From the NCBI RefSeq assembly GCF_009914755.1, contig NC_060927.1: DNA of 64,000 bases, one strand, 5' to 3'. Below, one piece after another: positions 27,591 through 40,900 of this stretch; within the stretch, counting starts at the first letter, position 1; every line of letters starts with the position of its first letter. The position numbers were made by a program, and so were the translations under genes. The notes under the pieces were generated by a model that saw only the letters and a list, made by a program, of their open reading frames with translations, was not told where the DNA came from and did not search any database. This stretch comes from the human T2T-CHM13v2.0 reference genome, Homo sapiens.

Positions 27591-28749
27591 TCAGAGACTT
27601 GGAAGGTAGTTCATGTTGAATGGCAGAAAGCCTCAGGGATGTGGATAGCAGAAAGTTACTGACAATTTATTTAGAATCTGTTATCTTTCAGGTGTTAGGA
27701 TAATGATCCGTTAAGATAACTCCATGAGATTAACTAGGAGTAGGGTAAGTAGCAGGGTTCCCATTGTTTTCTATAGATAAAAATGTAAACATTTTTTATA
27801 GACAGAGATTGGACCTTGATCAAGTTCACATATACAATCAGCAGACCAGTGATATGACCTTGGACAACTTCAGATGTGTCAGATTCTAGGCTATCTGCTA
27901 TTTGCATAACAAATCAGGGATGTGGGTATTAGGAATTTTTTAGCTATCCTTTTGAACTCCATATCCCCTAGAACAGTTTTGGGATGGCTCCAATTCTCAG
28001 AAACTATTATCTAAATCTGTCTAGCAAGATCTTTTTCAGCCTTATTTCCCATCATTTGAAAAACATTTATTCTCTCTTTACCACTGTGGCAGTCTGCCTG
28101 GAAATAGATGCAATGTATCATTTTCCACAATAGTGGAAGGCGGGCTAGGAATTACCTATAATTTGTTTCTCCATCCAGGCACGTCAAACTAAGTGAGTTA
28201 TGATGAAAGTGGAGCAGCAACCTTGATCACCTACCGTTTTATAGCTGATGTGATTGTTTTTATGAAGGCTATAACACTTAACGCTATGGCTGTGATGATC
28301 CTGATTCTTGTCTCAGCAGAATAATATTACAAGAGTTGAGTCAATTCTGATTGCAGAGGACTGGAGAATGGCTTCCTAGTGTCTGGGTTTGACAGAAAAT
28401 TACACAAAATGTGCTCCTGTTGTTCCTCCATGGGCTGACCATGTAGGAACCTTCATCCAGCATTCTGCTACCTCCATGAATTATTCAGTTTTCCTGTTGG
28501 GCAGGGAGGACATGTGTTGTAACCAAGTCATTCTCAGATAAGTAGGAATTTAAGATGAAATTCCTTCTAACTATTATATTTAAAAAGAAGACATGAGTCA
28601 ACGGTATTAGTGGAACCAGCCTCATGGTTTAGGGAGATTTTGGAGCCAGATACTATAACTGTTTTCCCATTGCTGAAGCTCTGTAGTAGAAAGAAAAGGC
28701 ATGAAGGGAAGTATGGAATAGCAGTAACATCTCAGTCATGGTTCTTAGT

Positions 28750-29860
28750 ATCTAGTTTTACTTGAACAAATATTTACAGAATATTCACAATTGGCCATAC
28801 TTCTGCTAGGTTGCATGGAGAAAAGTAAGATGACACACCATCCCTACTAAAGTTCTGAGATACTGACCCTTAAAATAGTAATATATCTTGATAACTGCTA
28901 TAAAATATTATAAAAATGCAAATGATGAAATTTCCAGGAGATGTGATTAGGAAAGACTATAAAGAGGTGATATTATTAGGGCTTATCCATGAAGATTGAA
29001 TGAAGAGTGTACAAGGTAAGCCAAGGGATCGGGAGGGTACTGTGGGTGTAAAAGCCAGTATAGCAATGAGCATAGAGGCGTGACACATGGTGGTGAGGAC
29101 ATATGGCAGGTATTTATGGGACAGGTGTGTCCAAAAATTGTACCTGGCAAATTTAAGCTGGAACAATATTTTGAAGGGCTAGGAATGCCATAATAAAGAA
29201 TTTGGACTCAATGCTGTAGGTCATGTCACAGACTTAATTGTCTAGAGGGGCTAGGAAAATAATATAAATGAGTGGCCATGTAGTGACTGTGGTCACTTGG
29301 TTAGTAAGGTGCCTTCTAAGAAAGGCAGCTGGGACTCCATCCCCACAGATGGTGGTTTTTCTAGTGTGTGAACACTGTATTTCCAAATAATACCAATTTC
29401 CCAAGAGAAGCCTGGAAATGAGGCTTCATTTTTTTATGTGAACTCTCATGATAATTAAATCCTGGTAACTAATAAGAAATTTTTTTTGAAACACCTGGGG
29501 GCCAAAAACAAAGCCATTTTAAAATTCGTGTCTGTCCATATTCCAGTGGCTTGTAACTGCAACTGGAAACTAATGGAAACCACAGATATTTATACTTAAG
29601 CAGCAACTCAATCCTGTGTGCTTTTTAGAGAGCCAATTCTGGGAGCAGATTGGGAGAAGGAAGATGACACTTGAGGCAAGATGGACAGCTGGAGTCAGAA
29701 AGATGATGAAGGCTTGACCTCAGGCAGTTGCAGGGGGGAAGGAGAAGCCTAAGTGGAGGTGAGAGCCTTGAAGCACTTTGTGACCGCTAGATGTGGGGGT
29801 GAGGATGTGACGGCCACCAAAGATGACACCAAGGAGGTTGGGAGACTGTTAACTATAGGA
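28750..29860 (-). mobile_element. L2 fragment interrupted by MER102
   Basis: aacaaatattt...ctgctagg...gaatgccataataaagaatttggact; resumes after ~29560 (gatgatgaaggcttgacc, tagatgtgggggtgagg). Confidence 0.65.
29225..29560 (-). mobile_element. MER102-like hAT-Charlie DNA transposon
   Basis: agggggctaggaaaataatataaatgagtg...caagagaagcctggaaat...ttttatgtgaactctc...ggtaactaat...gggccaaaaacaaa. Confidence 0.7.
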
Positions 29861-31339
29861 AGAAAATGAAAGGAGCTATTGTCATGTGTCTACTAGGTAG
29901 TGATTCTATTTTGCTTTTTATCTATTTTACATTTGCTCTTTATATGTAGTTTATACTTGCTTTCTACTATCTGTTCCATAATTCTGGAAGAAATTATTTG
30001 GGGTAAAGAGAACAGATTTTTTTCTTAAACCAAATAAGTAACCCTTTTTTCTTCCCATTTATACCCTAAGATGAACCGTGGGCATTAGCTGCTAGATTTC
30101 AGACGCTTTCTCTGTATAGTATTAAATACATTGATATGGTTGAAGCAATGAGCTGAAAGTTTTTAATCCTTGATGGACAGCAGAAGAAGAATTTATGAGT
30201 CCGATTCTTTTCAAGTTTGAAGATAATGATTTTTGCCTTTTCTGCCTCTGCTTTTTCCTTCTGCATTTTACATTTTGTGACGGTGAGTCAGACATGCTAT
30301 CATTCTATTCAGCAGCTTTGACATCAGCAGCAAATATGCATGAGCTAAGAAAGTGAGGTTTCTATATATTGTCTTCAAGTTTAAATGGTATTTTTTGTAG
30401 CGGTGATTTTAGGTATCTCTCCATTAGAACTTCTAAATTTGTAGGGGCCTTCTATATTGTCTGTTGATTTGTTTTTAGGGCCATTGGAATAGAAGTGAAC
30501 CAGGTTTCTTGGATGGTGGGGTTGTGACATGGAAAGGTGAATGAATTAACTGAACACTGTTCAGTGCACTTATGGGCAAGGTGAATCTACAGCATGGTCT
30601 TGCATAACATGCTGAATTTACTAGAGAAGTGCTTCCCAAATGTCTCCTCTGCAGAATGTTTTAAAAATTATCTCACCAAACTTAGGATCCATACTGTGTC
30701 TGAACAAATGGTCAAAGGTCATGCCTATTTTCCTTTTCCACACTCAGGCATTTATTTCTCACCAAATAAATTGTGTAAATTCTCATTAGTTTGAGCAAAT
30801 TCTCATTATGCTATGATGTGGTAAACTTAATAGGGCTTTTAGGTAACTTGCAACACTAGAAGTAAGTGGATGCTTCAGTTGTCTTCATGTATCCCTAGAC
30901 AGTCATCAACAGTTGAGGATCCTGCCCCATCTCATTTTCTCCAAAATGATCTATCAGATATCCATGAGATAGGAGGGAATTTCTACAATATATCCCAGCA
31001 TTATCTTCCCTGTGTCTTAGCGGGAAATAATCATTTATATAGGAACGATGTGCTTAGAATTTAATAGCTCCTGCTTATACCTGAAAAGACTGTCAGGTAG
31101 TAGATGGCTTTGAAGCTTTTGCTGCTGGGTCATTGGCAAGTTGGCAGAGAACTGGCAGGACAGTCTATTCCTTCCCTTTTAATGAGACTACATATTCCCT
31201 TAACATCTTTTCATTTTTTATTTTAAAATGCGTCAACATTAATATATTTTGATCTGGTAATATATGCACATGGTAAAAAATTTAAATAGTATAATTTATT
31301 CTTTAACATTTCTTAAATAGTGGCAAGGACCCTAGAAAG

Positions 31340-31560
31340 GAAGAATAAAAGAACAATTTTATTCCCAGTTCTGCTACTGACTGTTTTGGTACCGTTGGGC
31401 AAATTACGGCATCTTTCTGCATCTTGAGTTCTTTACCAGACACCAAGAAGTGGGAATCCTTGCCTAATAACACTAGAGGATTGTTGTGAGACTCTAATAA
31501 ATCTGGTATGTAAAAATTCCTTAAGTGTATAGATAATAAAATGCTTTCGTTATAGTTTCC
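31340..31560 (+). mobile_element. MIR relic
   Basis: cccagttctgctactgactg...ttgggcaaattac...ggattgttgtgag. Confidence 0.65.
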
Positions 31561-31574
31561 CCTCATCTCAGTTG

Positions 31575-31780
31575 ATTGCCCAACTAACACCTACTATGTG
31601 CTTCTTATAGGCTTAGAGAAAATGAAAGAGCTTTCAATTAACTCAATCCTCAAAATAGTTCTATTAGGTAAGTACTATTTCTCAGTTTTACAGTGAGAAA
31701 ATGGAGGCACAGAGAAGCTAAGTTCACACAGCTAGAAAGTGGTAACAAAGTTAAGATTTGAACCTAGTGTCTTTTCTTAT
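31575..31780 (-). mobile_element. MIR relic
   Basis: cagttttacagtgagaaaatggaggcacagagaagctaag...cacagctagaaagtgg...gatttgaaccta. Confidence 0.8.
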
Positions 31781-31919
31781 CCTCTCTTCTTCTCTTACTT
31801 TTCCTCTCTCTTTGTATATGTGTATGTAAACTTATATGCATATATAGGTTTATTTCTATGTGTATACATTTATATAATATATGTATAAATCTATATGTCA
31901 ATCATGATTGTAACCGCTC

Positions 31920-32240
31920 TTAATATTTTATGCTTTGCATTATATTTATTCCATTAAACATTGTTTTACAACATTTTCTAATGATTTCAAAATATATCAT
32001 ATGTCTGAAGAGGACTTACTTAACCAATTCCTATCTGTTAAGTATTTATTTTTACTTTTTGGTCATTATACATAAGATAAATTTCCTTGCTCACAAGTCT
32101 TTTTGGGCATCTGAATTATTTCCTTAGAAAAAAACCCGGAGATGTCATTGCTATGCCCAACAGTATGGTCATTTTTAAGGCTCTTGGTATATATTACCAC
32201 ACTTTTATTTGGAAAGTTTATGGCAATTTATTCTGTCTCC
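31920..32240 (-). mobile_element. Ancient L1ME-like fragment
   Basis: ttacttaaccaattcctat...attatttccttag...atttttaaggctcttggtatatattacca. Confidence 0.55.
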
Positions 32241-33789
32241 AGAATTTCCCAAAGATGACAGAGCAATTATAAAAGGCTAGATTAGGACAGGACCTTAAAG
32301 ATAAGCGTGAGTGTCTGGGAGTGGACTTGTTCTCGTGCACTACAGACAAGAAAACAGAAGGTGGATATCTTGTCCAAGGGCATAAAGCAAATTAATGGTG
32401 AAATCCAAATATCCTGATTTCTGATCTGGAGCTTTTTTTGGCATCATATGAAAAATAGTCAGTGATATTGGTTAACAATAAGCAATGAATGAGGTATGAA
32501 ATGTCTATGTGGGAGTGGGAATATTATTTCAGTCATCTTACAGTCCCATTACCAACTGTCACTCTCACATTTTCTGGTTGCTTTATTCTGATGACCCTAG
32601 AAGCTAGTCTATATCATTAGAACTAAATCAGTCTTGTACCAAGTAACAGTTTCAAATGGCAGTGGGAAAACTGAGAGGAGGGGAATGAGAAGAGTTCAGG
32701 CCACATCTACAAAGCTCCCTGCAGTTGTTTTGGGGCTGCATATCTATAGGGTGAACACCACTTGTTTGCAAAAGACAATTTGTTGCACAAACAACTTAAT
32801 AGCAGTAAGAATGAAAATAAAAATTAAACATACAGTTTAAAATAAAAAAGTTATTGCACTACAAATAAAATTGTTTTAAAAACACTTTTACATGAAGTGT
32901 GCTTTTTATGTAGTTTTATGTCATAAATACAATTTTGTATTTTGCTTTTTTCACTTCTGAAATCACATTTAAAAACCATTTGGCTAAACTTGCTTGCAAA
33001 ATTATTTTTAAATTTTAGCCTCCCAGTCAAGTATCCTGCCATAAACATCCTCCCTAACTTGTTTTAGTCCAAGTCAACTGTAGCTTTTGCCTGGGGAGAC
33101 ATGGCTGCCAGCCTTGTAGAGAGTTTGCTCACAGCCTATTTGTTCAGGTGACTTTGCCATTTTTCTCGTCTTAGAAGGAATGCTGCAGGATGAATGGCTG
33201 TTTAGCCAGTTCTACTCCCAGATTTGGCTGGATGTTAGCTGACCACTGTAAGTTTTGGCCTGGACTTTTACTTCCTGGGCTTCCTGATTTGTAAAGATTG
33301 CGGGAAGGCTAGCTCAATTTATATACTTATTTGTCTTCCTTCATTTTGGACATATTTTTGAGTCCCTGTGTTATTTGAGTTGGAATTAGTTTGAAGCTTC
33401 CTAGGGTAGTCTTGAAGTCAATAAACAGCCAACAACTAGCTTTCTGGCTACAGCACTATTCTGATTATTTCTTTCATATTAATTAATTAGTTTTGATGAG
33501 ACCCTATTTTTGTAATAAAATAACACAGTAGTTTTTCAAGCATATTTTACACAACTACCTCATTAGGTAAATACTATTAATGAAAGTTGGAATGTAGAGA
33601 AATTAGGGAGAAAAAATGAGCTTAATTTTGTTATTCAATTTGAAGTGCTAGGAGGATATCCCAAAGATGGCTTGCTATCCTAGAAAGCTGTGAAAAAAAA
33701 AATGGAATTTGTACTTCGAAGAGAGTTGGTAGTATAAGTACTGTGATCCCTAATAAAAGAGAGAAAATAGATATTATAGTATAGATCTT

Positions 33790-33975
33790 AAGAATGTAAG
33801 CTCAGAGTTCAGAATAATGTGGGTTAAAATCTGAATTCTACTTCTTACTCAGAGTCCTTGGGCATGTTATTTAATTTTCAAGCCTCAGTTTCCATATCTA
33901 TGTAACGGAGGTTCTAACATCTACGTTGTAGAGTGGATGTGAGAATTGAATGAGATAATGCAACTTATTAAGAAT
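33790..33975 (+). mobile_element. MIR relic
   Basis: ccttgggcatgttatttaa...aagcctcagtttccatatctatgtaacggag...gtgagaattgaatgagataatgc. Confidence 0.85.
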
Positions 33976-35090
33976 CAATAATTATCACCTATTGTTATAA
34001 CCGACAGAGGGAAAAACATTTGTAGGTAGTCATAGGAAAAGTCAGCAGAAAACATAAAGAATAAATGGTCAGAGGTAGAGAAAAGGAAAACTAAGCTAGT
34101 CCAGGAAGCCAGGAAAAGAGAAAATCTTAGGAAGGAAGAAATGAGCAAATATGACACAGAAGCCAAGGAATGTCAAGATCAGAAAAGGCCTTCGAATTTG
34201 ATGAGCACTATGTCTCCTATCACTTCCAAGAGAATGTTGTTTGCTAGAAAAATTTGGCAGAAATCACATTATAGCACATTAACAGTGAGAAATGCTTCTT
34301 GGGACCCATTGAACTTAAAACAGCTAAGGTGTGTTGCCAAAGATAGGTTATGCTATCTTTGGATTATCTATGAACTTGGATTTCACATGTGCTTTCTTGT
34401 CCTACATACACCAAAAGGTGACTTCTGTGGATCGTATGAAGCTGAGATGTGCTACTGGTTGTAGCCTTTATAGGCTGGCTTATATGTCAACTTCAGATTT
34501 AGCAGCAGGTAATTTTCCTTTCTTTGGCTACATTTCAGCTGCTTATAGGAAAACAGAATGAAATCAGCAGGCATAGGTTGGGTTCAGCACATTTACAAAG
34601 AGCTGATGACATTTAGCTGTTAGGTGCCTACCGCACATGCTCCTTCTAGAGTGAGTTCACCTGCAATTAAAATAAAGTTAAATCCAACCAGTCTTTCCAT
34701 TCTATGAGCCTGTTTAAAAAGTTATTTGTTGGGATTATCTTTCCATCCTGTTTTGCCTTTGGTTTTATTATTGCTCTGACAGTCACAGAGATGAGTTTCT
34801 TTCTGATGTTTTTGCTGAAAATTCTGGCAGGACAAGCCCATTCAACCCTAAATGGAAATGAGAGCTCACTGAAAAGTGCAGATTTTCCCAAATGACACAA
34901 AACTATGGCAGGCATACCGGTTTTTATAAGTTTAGAGAATCTGATTTAACCGCAAACAGAAAAGAAACCAACCAGAACCATTTCATGTTTGGAAAAATAA
35001 TTAAAATGGATTCTTCTCTCTCTCATTTTAGAATCTTATTCTTCACAGAAAATATTTCAGACTTTGGGTACTTGTTTGTACTAACAACAT

Positions 35091-35172
35091 ATTTTCTAAT
35101 GATTTCAAAATATATCATATGTCTGAAGAGGACTTACTTAACCAATTCCTATCTATTAAGTATTTATTTTTA
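35091..35172 (+). repeat. 82-bp dispersed direct copy of 31973-32054
   Basis: 81/82 identical; the same peptide FLMISKYIICLKRTYLTNSYLLSIYF appears in two ORFs. Confidence 0.97.
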
Positions 35173-35984
35173 AATGTTTTAAAAATGTCCCTGTCTTAGG
35201 TTGCTCCCGTTGCTGGTTCAGCGTTTGTTGCTAATGACCCAGAACATTACAGATGTTTTTGCTCAGATGCTAAGTCACCTAGTACAGTGAAGGGGTTTGA
35301 TACAGATGAAGTATAATTAATATCTATCCTTGGGAAAAATGCTGTTCACATTTTCTGCATGAGATGATTGGCACTTTAAAGGGAGGTTTTACCTCCTTTA
35401 AAATACAGAAAAGGAAATCTAGGTGTTCTGGGAATAGCCCTCTTTATGTTGCTGACAAAATGTTTTGATTTGCAGGCTGTATGCTATCTTTGGCTGTGTT
35501 CTAGTGCTTATTGGTTTAGTAAAAAATCACTTTACTAATTTTCTATTCACATATAGAACTATAATCTCAAAGCTGCTATCATAAAATGGTTTACTGGTGA
35601 ACCCACACATTCTTTTTCCAGAAGGAAATTTAAATAGTTTTGGGAGACATTGATGAGTGACTCTTTTAAAGGTAGATTTGAAAGTGATCATAATAGTTGA
35701 AATAATGAACTAATTAACTGTTTATAGAATCCAGTCTTTGTGCTGAGTATTTTTAGATGTTTTGTGGGGAGATCTCTCTTGATCCTCAGCAGAATTAGAA
35801 AAATAGATATTGTTTGAAATTAGTACCAGGAACCTTTTCAGTAGTCAAGATTTCTCCAGTTTCCCTGGAGAGAAGGAGGCAATTCTGCTCTAAGCATATG
35901 AGAGATTTATGGCCCTTACAATGCATACTGACATTTCCTCATATCCAGCTCAGGAGAGTAAATCTTTACAATTAATATGAGAGG

Positions 35985-36255
35985 TAGAAACAGTGGTACC
36001 AGGCTGAGTTTGACTTGCTGGCATAAGTGTTTGGTTCTCACAGAATTAAAAAAAAATTATTTTAGATGGCTTCCTGTATTTAATAACTTGAAGATTTCCC
36101 ACATAAATTTTGATTCGTCCTGTTAAAAAGTGGATGATCCTATAATGTCAGGTTTATATTCCTTTAGGTCACCAATAACTGGAGTTGAATACCAGCTATT
36201 TCATTTGATAGCCCAAGTGTCTTCTACATAGCATTAGCATTGGAACTCCCTATTT
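35985..36255 (+). mobile_element. MER102-like DNA transposon, 3' end lost at the L1 junction
   Basis: gtgtttggttctcacag...gaagatttcccacataaa...aactggagttgaataccagct...actccctatt. Confidence 0.55.
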
Positions 36256-36269
36256 TTAAAAAATTGTCA

Positions 36270-37721
36270 TTTTTTTTTTTTAACTTTTAAGTTCAGGGCT
36301 ACACATGCAGGTTTGTTATGTAGGTACACTCATGTCATGGGGGTTTGTTATACAGATTATTTCATCATCCAGGTCTTAAGCCTAGTTCCCATTAATTATT
36401 TTTCCTGATCCCCTTCCTCCTCTCAACCTCCATCCTCTGATAGGCTCCATCATGTGTTGTTTCCTTCTATGTGTCCATGTGTTTTCATCATTTACCTCCC
36501 ATTTGTAAGGAGGACATGTGGTATTTGGTTTTCTGTTCCTGCGTTAGTTTGCTGAGGATAATGGCCTCCATCTCCATCCATGTTCCTGCAAAGAACGTGA
36601 TCTCATTCTTTTTTATGGATGCATAACATTCCATGATGTATATGTACCACACTTTCTTTATCCAGTCTGCCATTGATGGGCATTTTGGTTGATTCCATGT
36701 CTTTGCTATTGTGAATAGTGCTGCAATGAACATACATGTGCATGTATTTTATGATAGAACAATTTATATTCCTTTGGGTATATACCCAGTAATGAGATTG
36801 TTAGATTAAATGATATTTCTATTTTTAGGTCTTTGAAGAATTGCCACACTGTCTTCCACAATGGTTGAACTAATTTACACTTCAACCAATAGGGTATAAG
36901 AATTTCTTTTTTATCCACAACCTCATAAGCATCTGTTATTTTTTGACTTTTTAGTAGAAGCCATTCTGACTGCTGTGAGATGGTATCTCATTGCGGTATT
37001 GATTTGTACTGTTTTAAAGATTGTGATATTGAACTTTTTTTCATATGCTTGTTGGCCACATGTATGTCTTCCTTTGGAAAGTGTCTGTTCATGTCCTTTG
37101 CCCACTTTTTAATGGGATTGTTTGCTTTTTTTTTGTAAATTTGTTTAAGTTCTTTAAAGATGCTGGATATTAGACCCTGGTCACATGTATAATTTGAAAA
37201 AATTTCCTCCCATTCTGTAGGTTGTCTGTTTACTCTGTTGATAGTTTATTTTGCTATGCAGAAGATCTTTAGTTTAATTAGTTCCCATTTGTCAAGTTTT
37301 GCTTTTGTTGCAATTGCTTTTGGGGTCTTTGTCATGAAATCTTTGCCTGTTCCTGCGTCTAAGATGGTATTGCCTAGGTTGTCTTCCAAAATTTTTATAG
37401 TTTTGGGTTTACATTTATGTCTTTATTCTATCTTGAGTTAATTTTTCAATATGGTGTAAGGAAAGGGTCCAGTTTCAATCTTCAGCATATGGCTAGCCAG
37501 TTATACCAGCACCATTAATTGAACAGGGAGTCCTTTCCCCATGGCTTGTTTTTGTCAGCTTTCTTGAAGATCAGCTGTTTGTAGGTGTGGTGGCCATATT
37601 TCTGGGCTCTGTGTTCTTTTCCATTGATCTATGTGTCTGTTATTATACCATTACCATGCTGTTTTGGTTACTGTAGCCCTGTAGTATAGTTTGAAATTGG
37701 GTAGTGTGATGCCTTAAGCTT
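36270..37721 (-). mobile_element. Older L1PA (L1PA11-14-like), 3' portion
   Basis: poly-T, aacttttaagttcaggg...gattatttcatcatccagg 3' UTR; ORF2 C-terminal peptides (MFIAALFTIAKTWNQPKCPS). Confidence 0.92.
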
Positions 37722-37941
37722 TTATTTATTTATTTTTTAATACTTTAAGTTCTGGGATACATGTGCAGAACATGCAGGTTTGTTACACAGGTATACACTT
37801 GCCATGGTGGTTTGGTGCACCCATCAACCCATCATCTACATTAGGTATTTCTCCTAATATTATCCCTCCCTTAGCCCCCGACCCCACCAACAGGCCCCAG
37901 TGTGTGATGTTCCTCTCCCTGTGTTCATGTGTTCACATTGT

Positions 37942-40900
37942 TCAACTCCCACTTATGAGTGAGAACATGTGGTGTTTGGTTTTCTGTTCCTGTGTTAGTT
38001 TGTTGAGAATGATGGTTTCCAGCTTCATCCTGTCCCTGCAAATAACATGAACTTGTCCTTTTTTATGGCTGCATAGTATTCCATGATGTATATGTGCCAC
38101 ATTTTCTTCATCCAGTCTATCATTGATGAGCATTTGGGTTGGTTCCAAGTCTTTGATATTGTGAATAGTGCTGCAAGAAACATACGTGTGCATGTGTCTT
38201 TACAATAGAATGATTTATAATCCTTTGGGTGTATACCCAGTAATGGGATTGCTGGGTAAAAAGGTATTTCTAGTTCTAGATCCTTGAGGAATTGCCACAC
38301 TGTCTTCCACAATGGTTGAACTAATTTGCACTCCCAGCAACAGTGTAAAAGCATTTCTATTTCTCCACATCCTCTCCAGCATCTGTTGTTTTCTGACTTT
38401 TAATGATCGCCATTCTAACAGGCATGAGATGGTGTCTCATTGTGGTTTTGATTTGCATTTCTCTAATGACCAGTGATGGTGAGCTTTTTTTTCATGTTTG
38501 TTGGCTGCATGAAAGTGTTCTTTTGAGAAGTGTCTGTTCATATCCTTTGCCCACTTTTTGGTGGGGTTGTTTTTTTCTTGTAAATTTGTTTATGTTCTTT
38601 GTAGATTCTGGATATTAGCCCTTTGTCAGATGGATAGATTGCAAAAATTTTCTCCCATTCTGTAGGTTGCCTGTTCACTCTGATGATAGTTTCTTTTGCT
38701 GTGCAGAAGCTCTTTAGTTTAATTAGATCCCATTTGTCAATTTTGGCTTTTGTTGCCATTGCTTTTGGTGTTTTAGTCATGAAGTCTTTGCCCATGCCTA
38801 TGTCCTGAATCGTATTGCCTAGGTTTTCTTCTAGGGTTTTTATGGTTTTAGGCCTTAGTTTAAACCTTTAATCCATCTTGAGTTAATTTTTGTATATGGT
38901 GTAAGGGAGGAGTTCAGTTTCAGTTTTCTGCATATGGCTAGCCAGTTTTCCCAACACCATTTATTAAATAGGGGATCGTTTCCCCACTGCTTGTTTTTGT
39001 CAGGTTTGTCAAAGATCAGATGGTTGTAGATGTGGGGCGTTATTTCTGAGGGCTCTGTTCTGTTCCATTGTTTTATATCTCTGTTTTGGTACCAGTACCA
39101 TGCTGTTTTGGTTACTGTAGCCTTGTAGTATAGTTTGAAGTCAGGTAGCATGATACCTCCAGCTTTGTTCTTTTTGCTTAGGATTGTCTTGGCTAGACAG
39201 GTTCTTTTTTGGTTCCATATGAAATTTAAAGTAGTTTTTTCAAATTCTGTGAAGAAAGTCAATGATAGCTTGATGGGGATAGCACTGAATCTGTAAATTA
39301 CTTTGGGCAGTATGGCCATTTTCATGATATTGATTCTTCCTATCCATGAACATAGAATGTTTTTCCATTTGTGTCCTCTCTTATTTCCTTGAGCAGTAGT
39401 TCGTAGTTCTCCTTGAAGAGGTCCTTCACATCCCTTGTAAGTTGTATTCCTAGGTATTTTATTCTCTTTGTAGCAATTGTGAATGGGAGTTCACTCATGA
39501 TTTGGCTGTTTGTCTGTTACTGGTACATAGGAATGCTTGTGATTTTTGCACGTTGGTTTTGTATCCTGAGACTTTGCTGAAGTTGCTGTATCAGCTTAAG
39601 GAGATTTTGGGTTGAGACAATGGGGTTTTATAAATATACAATCATGTCATCCACAAACAGAGACAATTTGACTTCCTATCTTCCCATTTGAATACGCTTT
39701 ATTTCTCTCTCTTGCCTGATTGCCCTGACCAGAACTGCCAATACTATGTTGAATAGGAGTGGGCATCCTTGTCTTGTGCCGGTTTTCAAAGGGATGCTTC
39801 CAGTTTTTGCCCATTCAGGATGATATTGGCTATGGGTTTATCATAAATAGCCCTTATTATTTTGAGGTACATTCCATCAATACCTAGTTTCTTGAGAGTT
39901 TTTAGCATGAAGCGCTGTTGAATTTTATCAAAGGCCTTTTCTGCATCCATAGAGATAATCGTGTGGTTTTTGTCATTGGTTCTGTTTATGTGATGGATTA
40001 CATTTATTGATTTGTGTATGTTGAACCAGCCTTGCATCCCAGGGATGAAGCCAACTTGATCGTGGTGGATAAGCTTTTTGATGTGCTGCTGGATTCGGTT
40101 TGCCAGTATTTTATTGAGGATTTTTGCATTGTTGTTCATCAGGGACATTGGCCTGAAATTTTCTTTTTTCGTTGTGTCTCTGCCAGGTTTTTGCATCAGG
40201 ATGATGCTGGCCTCATAAAATGAGTTAGGGAGGAGTTTGTCTTTTTCTATTGTTTGGAATAGTTTCAGAAGGAATGGTACAGCTTCTCTTTGTACCTCTG
40301 GTAGAATTTGGCTGTGAATCCATCTGGTTCTGGGCTTTTTTGGTTTGCAGGCTATTAATTACTGCCTCAATTTCAGAACTTGTTATTGCTCTATTCAGGG
40401 ATTTGACTTCTTCCTGGTTTAGTCTTTGCAGGGTGTATGTGTCCAGGAATTTATCCATTTCTTGTAGATTTTCTAGTTTATTTGCCTAGAGGTGTTTATA
40501 GCATTCTCTGATGGTAACTTTGTATTTCTGTGGGATCGGTGGTGACATCCCCTTTACCATTTTTTATTGTGTCTATTTGATTCTTCTCTCTTTTCTTCTT
40601 TATTAATCTGGCTAGTGGCCTCTCTATTTTGTTAATCTTTTTAAAAAACCAGCTCTTGGGTTCATTGATTTTTTTGAAGGGTTTTTCATATCTCTGTCTC
40701 CTTTAGTTCTGCTCTGATCTTAGTTATTTGTCTTCTGCTGGCTTTTGAATTTGTTTGCTCTTGCTTCTCTAGTCCTTTTAATTGTGATGTTAGGGTGTCG
40801 ATTTTAAATCTTTCCCGCTTTCTCCTGTGGGCATTTAGGGCTTAAATTTCCCTCTAAACACTGCTTTAGCTATGTCCCAGAGATTCTGGTACATTTTGTC

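Noticed and set aside
34141-34915. Cluster of overlapping 63-107 aa ORFs
   Set aside because: No recognisable homology or splice structure; the first part resembles an antisense L2 relic.
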